In this document: positions 1-10,350 of the stretch, in pieces
Numbering within the stretch: position 1 is the stretch's first letter
Layout: each line of letters starts with the position of its first letter
UHGV virus genome: UHGV-1366640
DNA from: a virus
DNA length: 64,000 nucleotides
Reading direction: 5' to 3' (one strand)
Notes under the pieces: model-generated
Seen by the model: only the letters and a program-made list of their open reading frames with translations
What the model was told of the DNA's origin: nothing
Database searches by the model: none
Position numbers and translations under genes: made by a program

Positions 1-181
1 ATTTAATCAAAGATGCAATGAAAATGTGGTCAAATCCCAGTTTTTCGAAATCTCGTGAAGAGTCAGATATTGCAAAAGATATTTTGAAGAAACTAAAGTA
101 AGAAACATTAAGACCGAACTTGCTTGAAAATCTTCAGATATTGAACGAATCTCAGACAGATGGGAAGACAAATAAATATGT

Positions 182-742
182 ATGATTAGGAAAGGGGTAT
201 TAATTGGTAAAATGATTATAAATGAATCTAAAAAACTTAATGAAGGTAATGGAGTAAGCAGTAAGATCCCTGCAATACTTGATAATTTCCTTCAGGATGT
301 AGCTCAGATGACAGGTCAGATTTCTTATAAGGATATTGTTGAGTTAGGGAAGGATAAGAAATTATCAGTTAAGCTTGATAAGATTAAGAAGTTAAAGAAC
401 TCTTGGGAAGATGTTGCAGATGATTATGATGATGATGCTATGATGGATGTAGGTAGGAAAATCAAAAGGATCATCAATGAATCTGCACAGGATAGTTTGT
501 ATTTTGATAACACTGTTAAGTATGACAATGATGATATCGCTGCACAGATTTCAATCAATTATGAAGGTGAATCTAATGCAATCACTGGTTATTACAAGTT
601 GCTTCCATTTCTCAAATCTGTTGGTGATCAAGGAGCGATCGATCAAATCGTAGAAATAATCAGTGATGAAAAGAATCATCAGCAGATACTCAAAGATCTC
701 TCTATGAAGTATGATGGCGGAATTCCTGTTGCCAAAGATTAA
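182..742 (+). CDS. hypothetical protein
   Basis: 186-aa ORF with phage-like AT-rich codon use; no motif recognised. Confidence 0.45.
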   Translation: MIRKGVLIGKMIINESKKLNEGNGVSSKIPAILDNFLQDVAQMTGQISYKDIVELGKDKKLSVKLDKIKKLKNSWEDVADDYDDDAMMDVGRKIKRIINESAQDSLYFDNTVKYDNDDIAAQISINYEGESNAITGYYKLLPFLKSVGDQGAIDQIVEIISDEKNHQQILKDLSMKYDGGIPVAKD

Positions 743-769
743 TAAATAAAATGATCGGAGTCGTATGAT

Positions 770-934
770 ATGAAAACACCATGTGTGTACTGTAACAAAA
801 GAAGTGCTGGTTGTCATTCATCTTGTGATCTTTATAAAGAATTCAAAGATGTTCTTACGAAGATTGCGAAGATGAAAGAAGATTATTATGCTTCTTTTCC
901 AACAGCTGGTTTGAAGAATTTCCCGCAAAGATAA
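770..934 (+). CDS. small Cys-rich (zinc-ribbon-like) protein, 54 aa
   Basis: ATG at 770 to TAA at 932-934, below the ORF-track size cutoff. Contains C-x2-C ... C-x3-C (CVYCNKRSAGCHSSC). Fits the gap between flanking genes. Confidence 0.3.
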   Translation: MKTPCVYCNKRSAGCHSSCDLYKEFKDVLTKIAKMKEDYYASFPTAGLKNFPQR

Positions 935-951
935 GAGAGGAATTTTGAAAG

Positions 952-1218
952 ATGATAATTCATAGATTGAATGAAGGAACTAACAATGAATATCAGACAT
1001 TTCATGTCTACAGAAGTAACTGGGAAGAAACTGGTCAGGCAATCAAATTTGCTTATGAGCGAGATGATGGTGTGAGAATGCCAAATATGATCGCTATTCC
1101 AAAATCTCAATTGATTCAGGGTGAAACGAATCCTGTTACTGGCATAACAAGATTCCGTATCAAGAAATGGATTCTTAAAAAGAACATAAGTGATGGATTT
1201 AGAATAATTGAGTGGTAG
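952..1218 (+). CDS. hypothetical protein
   Basis: 88-aa ORF in a co-directional gene string. Confidence 0.4.
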   Translation: MIIHRLNEGTNNEYQTFHVYRSNWEETGQAIKFAYERDDGVRMPNMIAIPKSQLIQGETNPVTGITRFRIKKWILKKNISDGFRIIEW

Positions 1219-1231
1219 ATTGTGAGGTTAG

Positions 1232-1516
1232 TTGTATAATGATATTATATTGCGAGAAAGAGTTGCTGATTCTCGGGTGATTCCAATCACTCAATTGAAA
1301 GTTGGGGATTACTTCAAAATGAGCGAAAATGGTTCTATAAAGGGACCATCATATAAGGTTGTTAGTATTGACAGAAATTCAAAGGGAAGTCAAGATACTT
1401 ACATCACTTACAAAAATCGGCAAGGAGAGCAGTATGCTTTTAGTTATGATACAACTGAACCAGATGGTGGTAGATATGTAACTTGGGTAAAGTTGGTAGA
1501 TGATAGAATTCGTTGA
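1232..1516 (+). CDS. hypothetical protein
   Basis: 94-aa ORF in a co-directional gene string. Confidence 0.4.
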   Translation: MYNDIILRERVADSRVIPITQLKVGDYFKMSENGSIKGPSYKVVSIDRNSKGSQDTYITYKNRQGEQYAFSYDTTEPDGGRYVTWVKLVDDRIR

Positions 1517-1549
1517 TAAACAAATGTATTTTATTGAGGAGAATGAAAG

Positions 1550-1777
1550 ATGATACTAAATGAGTCAATTCAAACAATCTCAATTGATGAAGATAAATTA
1601 GAAAAACAGATGAGAAAGCATCGTTATGATGATGATGCTTTCTTTGAATTTATACAGGATCGTTATGGTCTTACAGATGGACATGATTATCAGCTTGGAA
1701 ACGATGGTTTGACCTTCACATTCTATAATCATGCTCCAAAGTCAAAGATTCAAAGATTCAGAAGTGAGCTTGCATAG
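1550..1777 (+). CDS. hypothetical protein
   Basis: 75-aa ORF; GAGGAG SD-like sequence upstream. Confidence 0.4.
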   Translation: MILNESIQTISIDEDKLEKQMRKHRYDDDAFFEFIQDRYGLTDGHDYQLGNDGLTFTFYNHAPKSKIQRFRSELA

Positions 1778-1792
1778 AGAGGGGAGCTTGTT

Positions 1793-2488
1793 ATGTTAGA
1801 TAAGATCTATAAGACTCTCAAGCTCTTGAGTGAGCTTATAATCGTATGTACCCCACTGATTGCTGCTACATATTATACAGTTCTTAAGAAGTGGAAAAAG
1901 AGATCTCAAGAAATGAAAAACATTGATCTTGAAAAGAAAGGTCAGGAATTTAGATCTTTCAAGCATCAGCAGACAATCGAATCTATGAATACTCTCAAAT
2001 ATATTGTAAATATGTTTAGAGATAAGTCTTGCGCAGAGCTTGTTTGTTTTTGTCAATTAGAAAACGGAACTCTGGCAGACTCTCAGCTGAGTAATATGTA
2101 TATGACCTGTCTTGTTGAGTCTAACAGATATTCTGAGATTCCTTCAATCTCAGATAAGATACAGAGACTTCCTGTCCAAAAGATATTATCTCTTCTCACT
2201 ACAATGAATTCTCTTTCTTCAGCAATATCTGTTCAGTTGCCTCTTGAAATTCAGAAAGATGCTTCTCGTATTTGTGAAGACAGTAGTCCTTGGGCATTTC
2301 ATGTTGTTAAAAACTCTCATGGCTATATTATTGGATATATAATTTTTCGATATAATGATCTGGAAGGAATGGATGATAAAATCTTTGATGAAATAGCTCT
2401 TCATGCAGAATGTTCTGCTGCAGTTGAAGCTGAGCTTTTTAGATTTGAGAAGATGATCAGTCATAAGAGATTTGAATTGAAAATTTGA
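1793..2488 (+). CDS. hypothetical membrane protein
   Basis: 231-aa ORF. N-terminal hydrophobic helix (LLSELIIVCTPLIAATYYTVL) followed by a basic stretch. Confidence 0.45.
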   Translation: MLDKIYKTLKLLSELIIVCTPLIAATYYTVLKKWKKRSQEMKNIDLEKKGQEFRSFKHQQTIESMNTLKYIVNMFRDKSCAELVCFCQLENGTLADSQLSNMYMTCLVESNRYSEIPSISDKIQRLPVQKILSLLTTMNSLSSAISVQLPLEIQKDASRICEDSSPWAFHVVKNSHGYIIGYIIFRYNDLEGMDDKIFDEIALHAECSAAVEAELFRFEKMISHKRFELKI

Positions 2489-2545
2489 ATTTCTTTGTCT
2501 TTTGAAAGATCTTAAATATTTGTATGAAGGGAGAGAAGGATCAAT

Positions 2546-4489
2546 ATGAATTTTCATAATAGAATTCCAAGTCCGGGAAATACAGTTTCTGTCGATTTTG
2601 AATATGAGAAACCTGTAAGTTCAAGTGATCTTAATGAGATTCAGTCGATTCAGTCTTCTGAAGATAAGATAGATATTCGTGGTAAATATACAATGAGATC
2701 TGATAATGGTTTTATTATGCATGCTGAGATCACTGATATTGTCATCCCATCATACAATGGTGTGAGATATAATATCAATATACATCTCACAACTCCATGG
2801 ATTGTGGAATCTGTAGCAGACGATTCAGACACTGCTTTTCATAAATATTTGTATTGCTATGTAAGAACTCGTCAAGTAGACTCTAATTCTACTTTGTATA
2901 AGAATGGACTTCGTAGTCCTGTACTAATTAATGGCTCTTCCGTAGAAGAGACACTTCCAAATATTATTATGGATCCTCTTCTTGCAGAGGAGATCAGCGC
3001 TCGTACAATTTCAGAGATCGCATTTACTCTTGGAGAACAGCCAAATTTTCCATGGACAGATGCTGTCAAGATTGATGTTTCTCGGTATTATATGAAGTTG
3101 GGTTATGGTCTTATGAATGATACAACAACTCCATATCTTTCAACAGATAGTGCGTTTCTCCCATCTCAGACAGAGTTCAATCAGATGGCTTTTCGTTTAG
3201 GAGAACCAGTCCTCCTGCATAGAGATCCATTGATTGAGATGGATATAGTGACAGGAGCAAATGGAACTTCTGGGTCTTATGTGACAGCTCGCCGACTTTC
3301 AAAAATGAAATTTGTTGCATTCAATCGTTGTATTGAATTAGATGATATCTACCTTTCAAAGAATCTTGATATCTCAAATAACACAAGAGCTGTAATTGTA
3401 TATGCTTATCTTTCTCCAGATAGATCATCAGGACTTCAAATAATGGTGAGTGGTTCATTAATTAAGACTCTTGAGTATGATCTTCCGTTAACAATCATGA
3501 TTGAGACTATCAAGACTCCTGGAGATGTAAATGCGAATCTTCGTATGGGTTATGAAGTTTTGTATGCAGGAGTTGAAGCAACACCATTGGGTTCTGAAAA
3601 TACTACAAATTATGGATCTTCTTGCTTGATTGTAGTAGATCCGTCACTTTCTGCGTCAGAATCAGACTTCACAGATCATTCAGGTATTTCAGCATCTTAT
3701 CTTTGGTCCTCTGAAGGCTTGAATCTTCTTGTTAATTCTGATATTGCAATGATCAATAATGATATGTCACTTTTTGTTGGAAGAGAACAGACAGCTGTTG
3801 GTGGTTTGAATTCAATTTCTTGTAAGAAGATCTATACTGAGCCATTGTTGCTTCTTATGAGTGCAATGAATATGATTTTTTCATCAACCTCCACTATTTC
3901 CTGTGATATCTATAATTCATTCTCTTGTGATTATGGATTCAATTATTGGGGATCATCTTCTGTGATTTTCGATTTTCATGGAAATACAGTTGATTGTAAT
4001 TATCTCTTTTCAAGTCTTGCTCTTAATAGATCTCCTGTTATAAAGAATTTGAATCTTACAGGATATCTCCTTCAAAAAGCTGCTTCATCTACTGCTATTT
4101 ATACAGCTATTCAAGTAGATGATTCTTCTTTCAAGTTTGGTTGTAGCAATACAACTAATCCTTGGAAGATAAGAATGAAATGCAAGAACTGTAAGATAAC
4201 AGTTGATTCAATCAGTAATCATGTTGGTACAGCAAGTACTGATCATGGTATCTGGTTTATCAATAACATATTCTATCTTCCAGATGGGACAAATGACTGT
4301 ATAGTACCATATGGAGTTGCAAGTGATAATATTCGTAATTGGATGGGAAATATAGCAGTGAAAATTGGTGGTAGTGCAGCAGCTAATAAGCTGTATATTT
4401 ATAATGCAGATTTTAGTGCTACGATTGACATTTCTGTAGATGATTATGGTAACAGAATTGTTGATAATAAGATTTATTCTACTGTATAG
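2546..4489 (+). CDS. large structural-like protein of unknown function
   Basis: 647 aa, Ser/Thr/Asn-rich, no nucleotide-binding motifs; SD GGAGAGAAGGA upstream. Confidence 0.45.
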   Translation: MNFHNRIPSPGNTVSVDFEYEKPVSSSDLNEIQSIQSSEDKIDIRGKYTMRSDNGFIMHAEITDIVIPSYNGVRYNINIHLTTPWIVESVADDSDTAFHKYLYCYVRTRQVDSNSTLYKNGLRSPVLINGSSVEETLPNIIMDPLLAEEISARTISEIAFTLGEQPNFPWTDAVKIDVSRYYMKLGYGLMNDTTTPYLSTDSAFLPSQTEFNQMAFRLGEPVLLHRDPLIEMDIVTGANGTSGSYVTARRLSKMKFVAFNRCIELDDIYLSKNLDISNNTRAVIVYAYLSPDRSSGLQIMVSGSLIKTLEYDLPLTIMIETIKTPGDVNANLRMGYEVLYAGVEATPLGSENTTNYGSSCLIVVDPSLSASESDFTDHSGISASYLWSSEGLNLLVNSDIAMINNDMSLFVGREQTAVGGLNSISCKKIYTEPLLLLMSAMNMIFSSTSTISCDIYNSFSCDYGFNYWGSSSVIFDFHGNTVDCNYLFSSLALNRSPVIKNLNLTGYLLQKAASSTAIYTAIQVDDSSFKFGCSNTTNPWKIRMKCKNCKITVDSISNHVGTASTDHGIWFINNIFYLPDGTNDCIVPYGVASDNIRNWMGNIAVKIGGSAAANKLYIYNADFSATIDISVDDYGNRIVDNKIYSTV

Positions 4490-4502
4490 GAGTGATGTAT
4501 AG

Positions 4503-4919
4503 ATGAAAAATATCGTTAAGATGATTTTTGTTAAGTCTGACGAAGATCAATCATTTGGAATCTATACAAGTTCAGTAGATTTGGGGAGAGTGGGAGATTC
4601 AAATGCATCTCAACTCTCTTTTCCAAATGTTGTTTCTGAGATCTATGAAAATGGATATAATCTTACATTAACATTTCTTCCTGTTGGTGTTGTCAATGCT
4701 AATCCTCTCACATATACATTCCTCAATGCAGATAATAAGACAGTATTTGATATTCCTTCTGAATTGACAAAATACCAATCTTATGATTGTCAGGCAAGAA
4801 TTTCAGATTCATCTGGTCAGGTTTGTCTTTCAAATAAGATCAGGTTCTATCTCACGCAATCTCTCATAACAAAATCTATCACAGATACTCCAGGATCTCC
4901 TGGAGATCTTCTTATATAA
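4503..4919 (+). CDS. hypothetical protein
   Basis: 138-aa ORF. Confidence 0.4.
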   Translation: MKNIVKMIFVKSDEDQSFGIYTSSVDLGRVGDSNASQLSFPNVVSEIYENGYNLTLTFLPVGVVNANPLTYTFLNADNKTVFDIPSELTKYQSYDCQARISDSSGQVCLSNKIRFYLTQSLITKSITDTPGSPGDLLI

Positions 4920-4933
4920 GGAGTTGGTATAAT

Positions 4934-7279
4934 TTGGAGATATTGAGTCTCACTGTTATTAAGGATCAAATACGATTGAATAGATCTCTCGTTGGTACAA
5001 CTCCAGAATTGTATACAGGAAATACATCGTATACATTGAGTGTTTCTTTTTCTGAGGATTGGGTATCAAGGACAGTCCTTGCTGTTTTCATAAAAGGGTC
5101 AACTGCATATCAAGTTGATGTTGGTACTGTGGCTGATGCTGGAGAAGTCATTAGAAATGTTCTTATACCGTCAGAAGTTCTTACAGATGCTGATAACACG
5201 ATCTCTTTCGGATTCTATTCAGTCATGGAGGGGACTTCTCGATTAAGTACAGAACTTGGAACATTCTCTGTAGTTGATGGTGCATACCGAGATGGAACAA
5301 CACCGACTCCTCCTGCTCCTGACATCTGGGAGCAACTTGTTCAGAAAGCAGTTCCAATGATTGATCCAACAACCACAAATTGGATGATCTGGGACATGAA
5401 TCTTGGAAAGTATGTTGATACTGGATTTCCTTCAAGAAGTGAGAAGGGAGATAGTGGTGTTGGTTTTACAAATCTCATAGAGCAGGGGACAAATTATAAG
5501 ATTTGTGATCCATCAAGCACAGTTCTTCAATCTGCAGAATATTCAGTCACATTGGGGCATAATTGTACTGTTCTTACATTCTCTTGTTTTGCTTCTGGTG
5601 ATGGATGTGTTGCAGGTAAGAGAGCTTTTAAGATTACAGCGATGCCTTCTACTACATCTTTTACGCTTGATTCAGTTGATGGATTAGCTGTTGGGGATGT
5701 TGTTTCATATTCTAATATTTTCTCAGGTTCAGGTACAGCTTCTGCTGTTTGGAGAGAGAGCCAAGATCTTTCAAAGATTACCGCAATCTCTAATACAACA
5801 ATAACATTGGATTCTGATATTTATTCACTTACTCCTACAGATGTTAATAATTTTCAATCAAGTACAGATCGTATTGCTTGCCGACTTTGGGTAAATGCAA
5901 AACCTGAAATTGGTACATATGATTTATCTACTAAAGCAAATGCAAGAGGTAGAGGGTGTAAAGCTCTTGGAGATGGGTCTGATGTTGGTGGAAAAGATAA
6001 TGTTGTAACTTCTCCATATGGTGCTGCTGTTAATTCAAGTAATAGAGTTGATGCAGAGAGTGGTTTTGGTTTTGGTTCAGGTAATACTCTTGGTTGGAAA
6101 GCTGCAAGATCTGCTGTTGGTGGAAATAAATGTGTGAATAATTCGTATGCTTCTCTTATTGGTGGTAATGGTTCAGAGTCTCCAGCAGGAATTCGTCAGG
6201 TTTTTGGTTGGGGAGAGCATCTTGAATTTTCAAACGATAGTGAAGCTGCTGTGGGAGCATATAATAAGACAAAATCTAACCTTAGATTTTCTGTTGGTAA
6301 TGGTTCAGATGAATCTCATCGTTCAAATGCCCTTGAAGTCTATAAAGACGGTACAGTCATTATTCCAAAGAGTTTCCAGCAGGTCGCATATGTCAATTCT
6401 CCTCAGAATACAAGTGGCTGGTATAAATTTGCTCATTATAATTTTTCAACTTATAAATCTGGATCTCTTCTCCTCGATGTTTGTCAGGGATATGCTGGTG
6501 ATAAATTCAACTCATTATTTGAGTTGGAAATAACAACAGATGATACGGGATTTCATCCACAGGATGGTTTCGTTTTTAGACAGATTGCTGGTCAAGACAT
6601 TACAGATCGAATTTGTTATTATATAGATACAGCAACTCATGATGTAGATTTCTATATAAGGAAAACTCGGTATGATTATATCTTCTTTACAAAACTTGCA
6701 GATACTTTTGGAGATCTTATAACCTATTTTACAAATGTTGGTCCTGAGACTCTTGATAGTAGCATTACAAGTGTTAATCCAGGAAATGATTTTCTTGTAA
6801 CGAAGAGTTTTGTAAATTCTTCATTGAATAATTATTATAACAAGACTGCTGTCGATTCCTTATTGTCTTCAAAATCTGATAAAACTGCTATTGTTTTCAT
6901 ACAGAATGCTTCTTCTATTTCATTTGAATTAGGAAGTAACAGTGACAATAAGGAATTCAGAATTGTTGATAATGTGTCATCTCCAACTGTTCTTTCACAG
7001 ATTGGAACTGCTACGATCAATGTTTCTATTATGAATGGAAGTTTCAATAATGATTATATCACAGGATTGACATTCAGAACAGCTGCTACTGGAACGATTA
7101 CGATGTCTTATACTGGTACAGGAATTCTCCAATGGGTTGGAACTGATTGTGATGTACAAGATGGTTACAGTGTTTTCACTCCACAGAATAGCATGACTTA
7201 TGATATTGTGTTCTATTTCAATGGTGCAAGATTTGTTGGACTTGTTAATGGTTATGAAGAACTGAATGTTGAAAAATAA
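4934..7279 (+). CDS. tail fibre-like or host-specificity-like protein
   Basis: 781 aa; Gly/Ser/Asn-rich segments (GSGNTLGWKAARSAVGGNKC...), typical of phage fibre or adhesin proteins. Confidence 0.4.
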   Translation: MEILSLTVIKDQIRLNRSLVGTTPELYTGNTSYTLSVSFSEDWVSRTVLAVFIKGSTAYQVDVGTVADAGEVIRNVLIPSEVLTDADNTISFGFYSVMEGTSRLSTELGTFSVVDGAYRDGTTPTPPAPDIWEQLVQKAVPMIDPTTTNWMIWDMNLGKYVDTGFPSRSEKGDSGVGFTNLIEQGTNYKICDPSSTVLQSAEYSVTLGHNCTVLTFSCFASGDGCVAGKRAFKITAMPSTTSFTLDSVDGLAVGDVVSYSNIFSGSGTASAVWRESQDLSKITAISNTTITLDSDIYSLTPTDVNNFQSSTDRIACRLWVNAKPEIGTYDLSTKANARGRGCKALGDGSDVGGKDNVVTSPYGAAVNSSNRVDAESGFGFGSGNTLGWKAARSAVGGNKCVNNSYASLIGGNGSESPAGIRQVFGWGEHLEFSNDSEAAVGAYNKTKSNLRFSVGNGSDESHRSNALEVYKDGTVIIPKSFQQVAYVNSPQNTSGWYKFAHYNFSTYKSGSLLLDVCQGYAGDKFNSLFELEITTDDTGFHPQDGFVFRQIAGQDITDRICYYIDTATHDVDFYIRKTRYDYIFFTKLADTFGDLITYFTNVGPETLDSSITSVNPGNDFLVTKSFVNSSLNNYYNKTAVDSLLSSKSDKTAIVFIQNASSISFELGSNSDNKEFRIVDNVSSPTVLSQIGTATINVSIMNGSFNNDYITGLTFRTAATGTITMSYTGTGILQWVGTDCDVQDGYSVFTPQNSMTYDIVFYFNGARFVGLVNGYEELNVEK

Positions 7280-7573
7280 TTGTTAGGAGGAGATTTCATG
7301 TTATACAAATATATTGGTGAACATTGTGTTGAGAAGTTTAATGGAGATTTTGTTGTGGTGGATAATGTGGTTTATACAAATCCTCAGGAAGAACATCTTA
7401 AAATGGCTGGTTATAAAGAATTAAAATCAGCAGAAATCCCAGAATATAATCCTGAGTCACAGTATGTAGAGATGACTTACAAAGATGGTAAGAATTCTAT
7501 AACAGAGATATGTGAAATAAAAGATTTTCCAGATTTATTCATCACAGAAGAGGATCAGTCAAAGGAGGAGTAG
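7280..7573 (+). CDS. hypothetical protein
   Basis: 97-aa ORF with strong SD (AGGAGGAG). Confidence 0.4.
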   Translation: MLGGDFMLYKYIGEHCVEKFNGDFVVVDNVVYTNPQEEHLKMAGYKELKSAEIPEYNPESQYVEMTYKDGKNSITEICEIKDFPDLFITEEDQSKEE

Positions 7574-7574
7574 T

Positions 7575-9572
7575 ATGAACTACCTCGAAAAGAAGAAAAG
7601 AGCAATAATGGCTGTACTTCAGAGGGTTTATTCAGTAATTGGAGTCCCTCCAATAACCTTGCTGAAGTCTCTTGGGAAAAGTCTTAAAGATTATCTCATT
7701 TATGGCAATACTTCTCAGAATGGGACTCCCTCTCCTGCTTCTCCTGTCGAAATTGAAAGTGTCGGCACAAAAACAAATAATCTTTGGGATAAAGGAAATA
7801 CGATAATTTCTGATAATGAAACTCGTTCTTGTTATTTTGGTTTTGATGCATCTTCATATGATTGGATTCAGCCAAATAGAGTGTATTATGTGAGTGAAGA
7901 ACTTGTTCTCTACGAAGATGATACTCGAATTATTCATGGTCAGACAACACCAACAACAAGATTGACTATTCAGATTCTTTATGAGGATGGTACAAATGAT
8001 ATAACTGGTTCTGCAGTTGTATTCAATGATGGTTTGTTTCATAAGGTGTCAGTTTCAATTACTGCTAAAGATAAGCCAATTACGAGAATTGCTATTAGAC
8101 TTGCAGATTACAGCTCAAATTCAGGCGGTGTTTTTCATGGAGAAGCAAGGAATGTTATGCTTACAGCATTTAACTCTGCTGGTCTCTCAATCACACAGAA
8201 ATCCATAAATAATGCAACTGTTATTTCTGATGAAAATAATGTGTATCATGTAAAAGGAAATGACGGACTTAGTGCTTCAGCGTTTTCTGCAGGACAAGTT
8301 AATGTTGGTTTTTCACCTATTTTAACCAAAAACAGACAATTCAATGTAAGCTTCTATGCAACTCGTGTTAGTGATGGAGTTTGGACGAACAGTAGTAGTT
8401 TAGTCTGCCAGCTATTTGTTCAAGATACTAACTATTTTACACAAAATTTCTATGAGTACTCAAAATTTCCTATTGGAGAAAGAGTGCTTATATCATCTAA
8501 GGTGTTTTCAATCACAGAAAGTACTGAGATTTCAAAAGTTGTATTTAGATTAAATGCGATGGAGTGGAAAATTGAAACAGATTCTTTCAGAATAAATTAT
8601 ATCGACGAAAATGACTTGGAATATAAACCTTATGGCTATGAAATCCCAGTTTTATCACACTATCAAGAGAACCTGATTCCATATCCATATGTCACAGCTG
8701 ATCGGGTGATTTCAGGAGTTAAGATCCAGACAACAGGAAATAACTGTATTCATCTTAAAGGAACAGCAACAGGAAATGTGACTTTTGTATTAGCGAATCC
8801 AATCTTGCTAACAGCAGGAGATTATATTTTCTATGTTAGACGTACATCTCAAGATTTTCTTATTGACAGATTTAAATGTGGTGTCTTTCTGAGACAGGTT
8901 GGCACTGCTGTGTATTATAACGCAGTCATAGAAGATCAGTCTATTACTTTGACATCAAGTGACAATTGGTATGTTTACATTACTGTTGCAAGTGGTGTGA
9001 CAGTTGATACAATTTTGAATGTCTATCTTGAGAGAGGAACCAAATTTCCCGAGACAACAAATATCTATCTCAACGAACCATTGAGAAAGATTGGTGATTT
9101 CGTTGATTATATTGATTTTAAGAATCAAAAAGTTGTCAGGAAGATTAAGCGACTTGACTCTGCTAATATAGATTTGAGTCTTTGGAAAGACGATAGTCCA
9201 TTGTCTGGTGGTTCTGAGAATTCCATGAAGTGGGTAAATATTTCTGAAGCTGCGTTTGATGATCTGGATGCTGTTTCTTGTATATGTAACAAGTTTGAAG
9301 GGTTTTCCGACACAGGTTTATCATATGGAGCAATCGGGATGTCAGTTTATCAACATCGTTTAAGGATCTATTATCCTGGAGTAACTGATGACACTCTTGA
9401 TAATTGGAAAACATGGGTTACAGATAATCCTTTCACTCTTAATTATGTTTTAGAAACTCCAACAGAACAGTCAGTTTTTCTCCCTGAAGTCTTAACTGTA
9501 AAAGGCACTTGTGTTTTAGATACAAGAGGGATGTATCCATCAAATATGAATGTAAAATATCTTGGAAAATAG
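7575..9572 (+). CDS. fibre or receptor-binding-like protein
   Basis: 665 aa, beta-rich and Asn/Thr-rich composition. Confidence 0.35.
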   Translation: MNYLEKKKRAIMAVLQRVYSVIGVPPITLLKSLGKSLKDYLIYGNTSQNGTPSPASPVEIESVGTKTNNLWDKGNTIISDNETRSCYFGFDASSYDWIQPNRVYYVSEELVLYEDDTRIIHGQTTPTTRLTIQILYEDGTNDITGSAVVFNDGLFHKVSVSITAKDKPITRIAIRLADYSSNSGGVFHGEARNVMLTAFNSAGLSITQKSINNATVISDENNVYHVKGNDGLSASAFSAGQVNVGFSPILTKNRQFNVSFYATRVSDGVWTNSSSLVCQLFVQDTNYFTQNFYEYSKFPIGERVLISSKVFSITESTEISKVVFRLNAMEWKIETDSFRINYIDENDLEYKPYGYEIPVLSHYQENLIPYPYVTADRVISGVKIQTTGNNCIHLKGTATGNVTFVLANPILLTAGDYIFYVRRTSQDFLIDRFKCGVFLRQVGTAVYYNAVIEDQSITLTSSDNWYVYITVASGVTVDTILNVYLERGTKFPETTNIYLNEPLRKIGDFVDYIDFKNQKVVRKIKRLDSANIDLSLWKDDSPLSGGSENSMKWVNISEAAFDDLDAVSCICNKFEGFSDTGLSYGAIGMSVYQHRLRIYYPGVTDDTLDNWKTWVTDNPFTLNYVLETPTEQSVFLPEVLTVKGTCVLDTRGMYPSNMNVKYLGK

Positions 9573-9590
9573 AAAAGGAGGAATTCATAA

Positions 9591-10226
9591 ATGGCATACG
9601 ATAAAACAGTCTATTCTTTGAATGATGTTCATGTTCAGGTAATTCTTCCAAAAGATTTTAAAATCATTTGTGTTGATTCAAGGAAAAGATCTTTACAATA
9701 TCAAAATTATGCGAATGCTGGTTATTTTGCACTTCTCAAAGATGGGTCAACTCTTCCAACCGGAAATCTTGTTATCAATGGAGATGTTGTCACTTCTGCA
9801 GATTCTCAACCAAATTGGCTCAATACATATAAACATATTCTTTCAACGATTGTTATAGATCACCATGACACTCCAAAGTTCGTTCAAACTTCTAAGATAG
9901 AAAAAGATGAATTCAAGTATGCAATAAGTGGTATTCCAATTATTCATAATGGATATCGTGTTTCCATGGATTCAATCAGACAAGAAGGATATTTCGGAAA
10001 TGAGTGTTATCAAACATGGCACAGCTTCCTTGGTATTCGTGGAAAGAAGCTTGTATATGTTGCTGCTAACATTGGTTTCAATCAAATGGTCTATCTCCTT
10101 GAAGTCCTTGGTATCGAAAATGGTATTAAGTTAGATGGCGGTGGAAGTTTTATCTGTAAGAGTGGAAAAGACTGGCAGATTGCTACATCTGAGAACCGTA
10201 GAATAAATAATATAATAACTTGGTAA
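9591..10226 (+). CDS. phosphodiester glycosidase (NAGPA-like) domain protein
   Basis: 211 aa; motifs FALLKDGS...INGDVV ... IHNGYRV ... KLDGGGS resemble the phosphodiester glycosidase family. Confidence 0.4.
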   Translation: MAYDKTVYSLNDVHVQVILPKDFKIICVDSRKRSLQYQNYANAGYFALLKDGSTLPTGNLVINGDVVTSADSQPNWLNTYKHILSTIVIDHHDTPKFVQTSKIEKDEFKYAISGIPIIHNGYRVSMDSIRQEGYFGNECYQTWHSFLGIRGKKLVYVAANIGFNQMVYLLEVLGIENGIKLDGGGSFICKSGKDWQIATSENRRINNIITW

Positions 10227-10243
10227 TGAATTACCCTCTGAGA

Positions 10244-10333
10244 AGCCTTCAGAGCTTCTCAGATTAAAGAAGTGAGTCAGGGTAGTATAACTATACCCCT
10301 ACTCACTTTCTTTCAATACAAAGCCTTGTAGAT
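10244..10333. repeat. structured intergenic repeat, copy A (two stem-loops)
   Basis: Hairpin CTGAGAAGC/GCTTCTCAG (10246-10270), then a long imperfect stem ATTAAAGAAGTGAGTCAGGGTA ... TACCCCTACTCACTTTCTTTCAAT with loop GTATAACTA. Homologous copies at 34468-34586 and 47938-48056. Confidence 0.7.
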
Positions 10334-10350
10334 AATCCTATGAAAGGAGA

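Noticed and set aside
2546-9572. Large early ORFs screened for a terminase large subunit
   Set aside because: No Walker A/B ATPase or RNase-H-like nuclease motifs are present. The terminase is presumably outside this window.
10271-10325. Conserved stem-loops checked for a tRNA or other small RNA gene
   Set aside because: There is no cloverleaf, and no T-arm GTTC or D-arm features. The structure is a single long hairpin repeated three times, better explained as a terminator or regulatory repeat.
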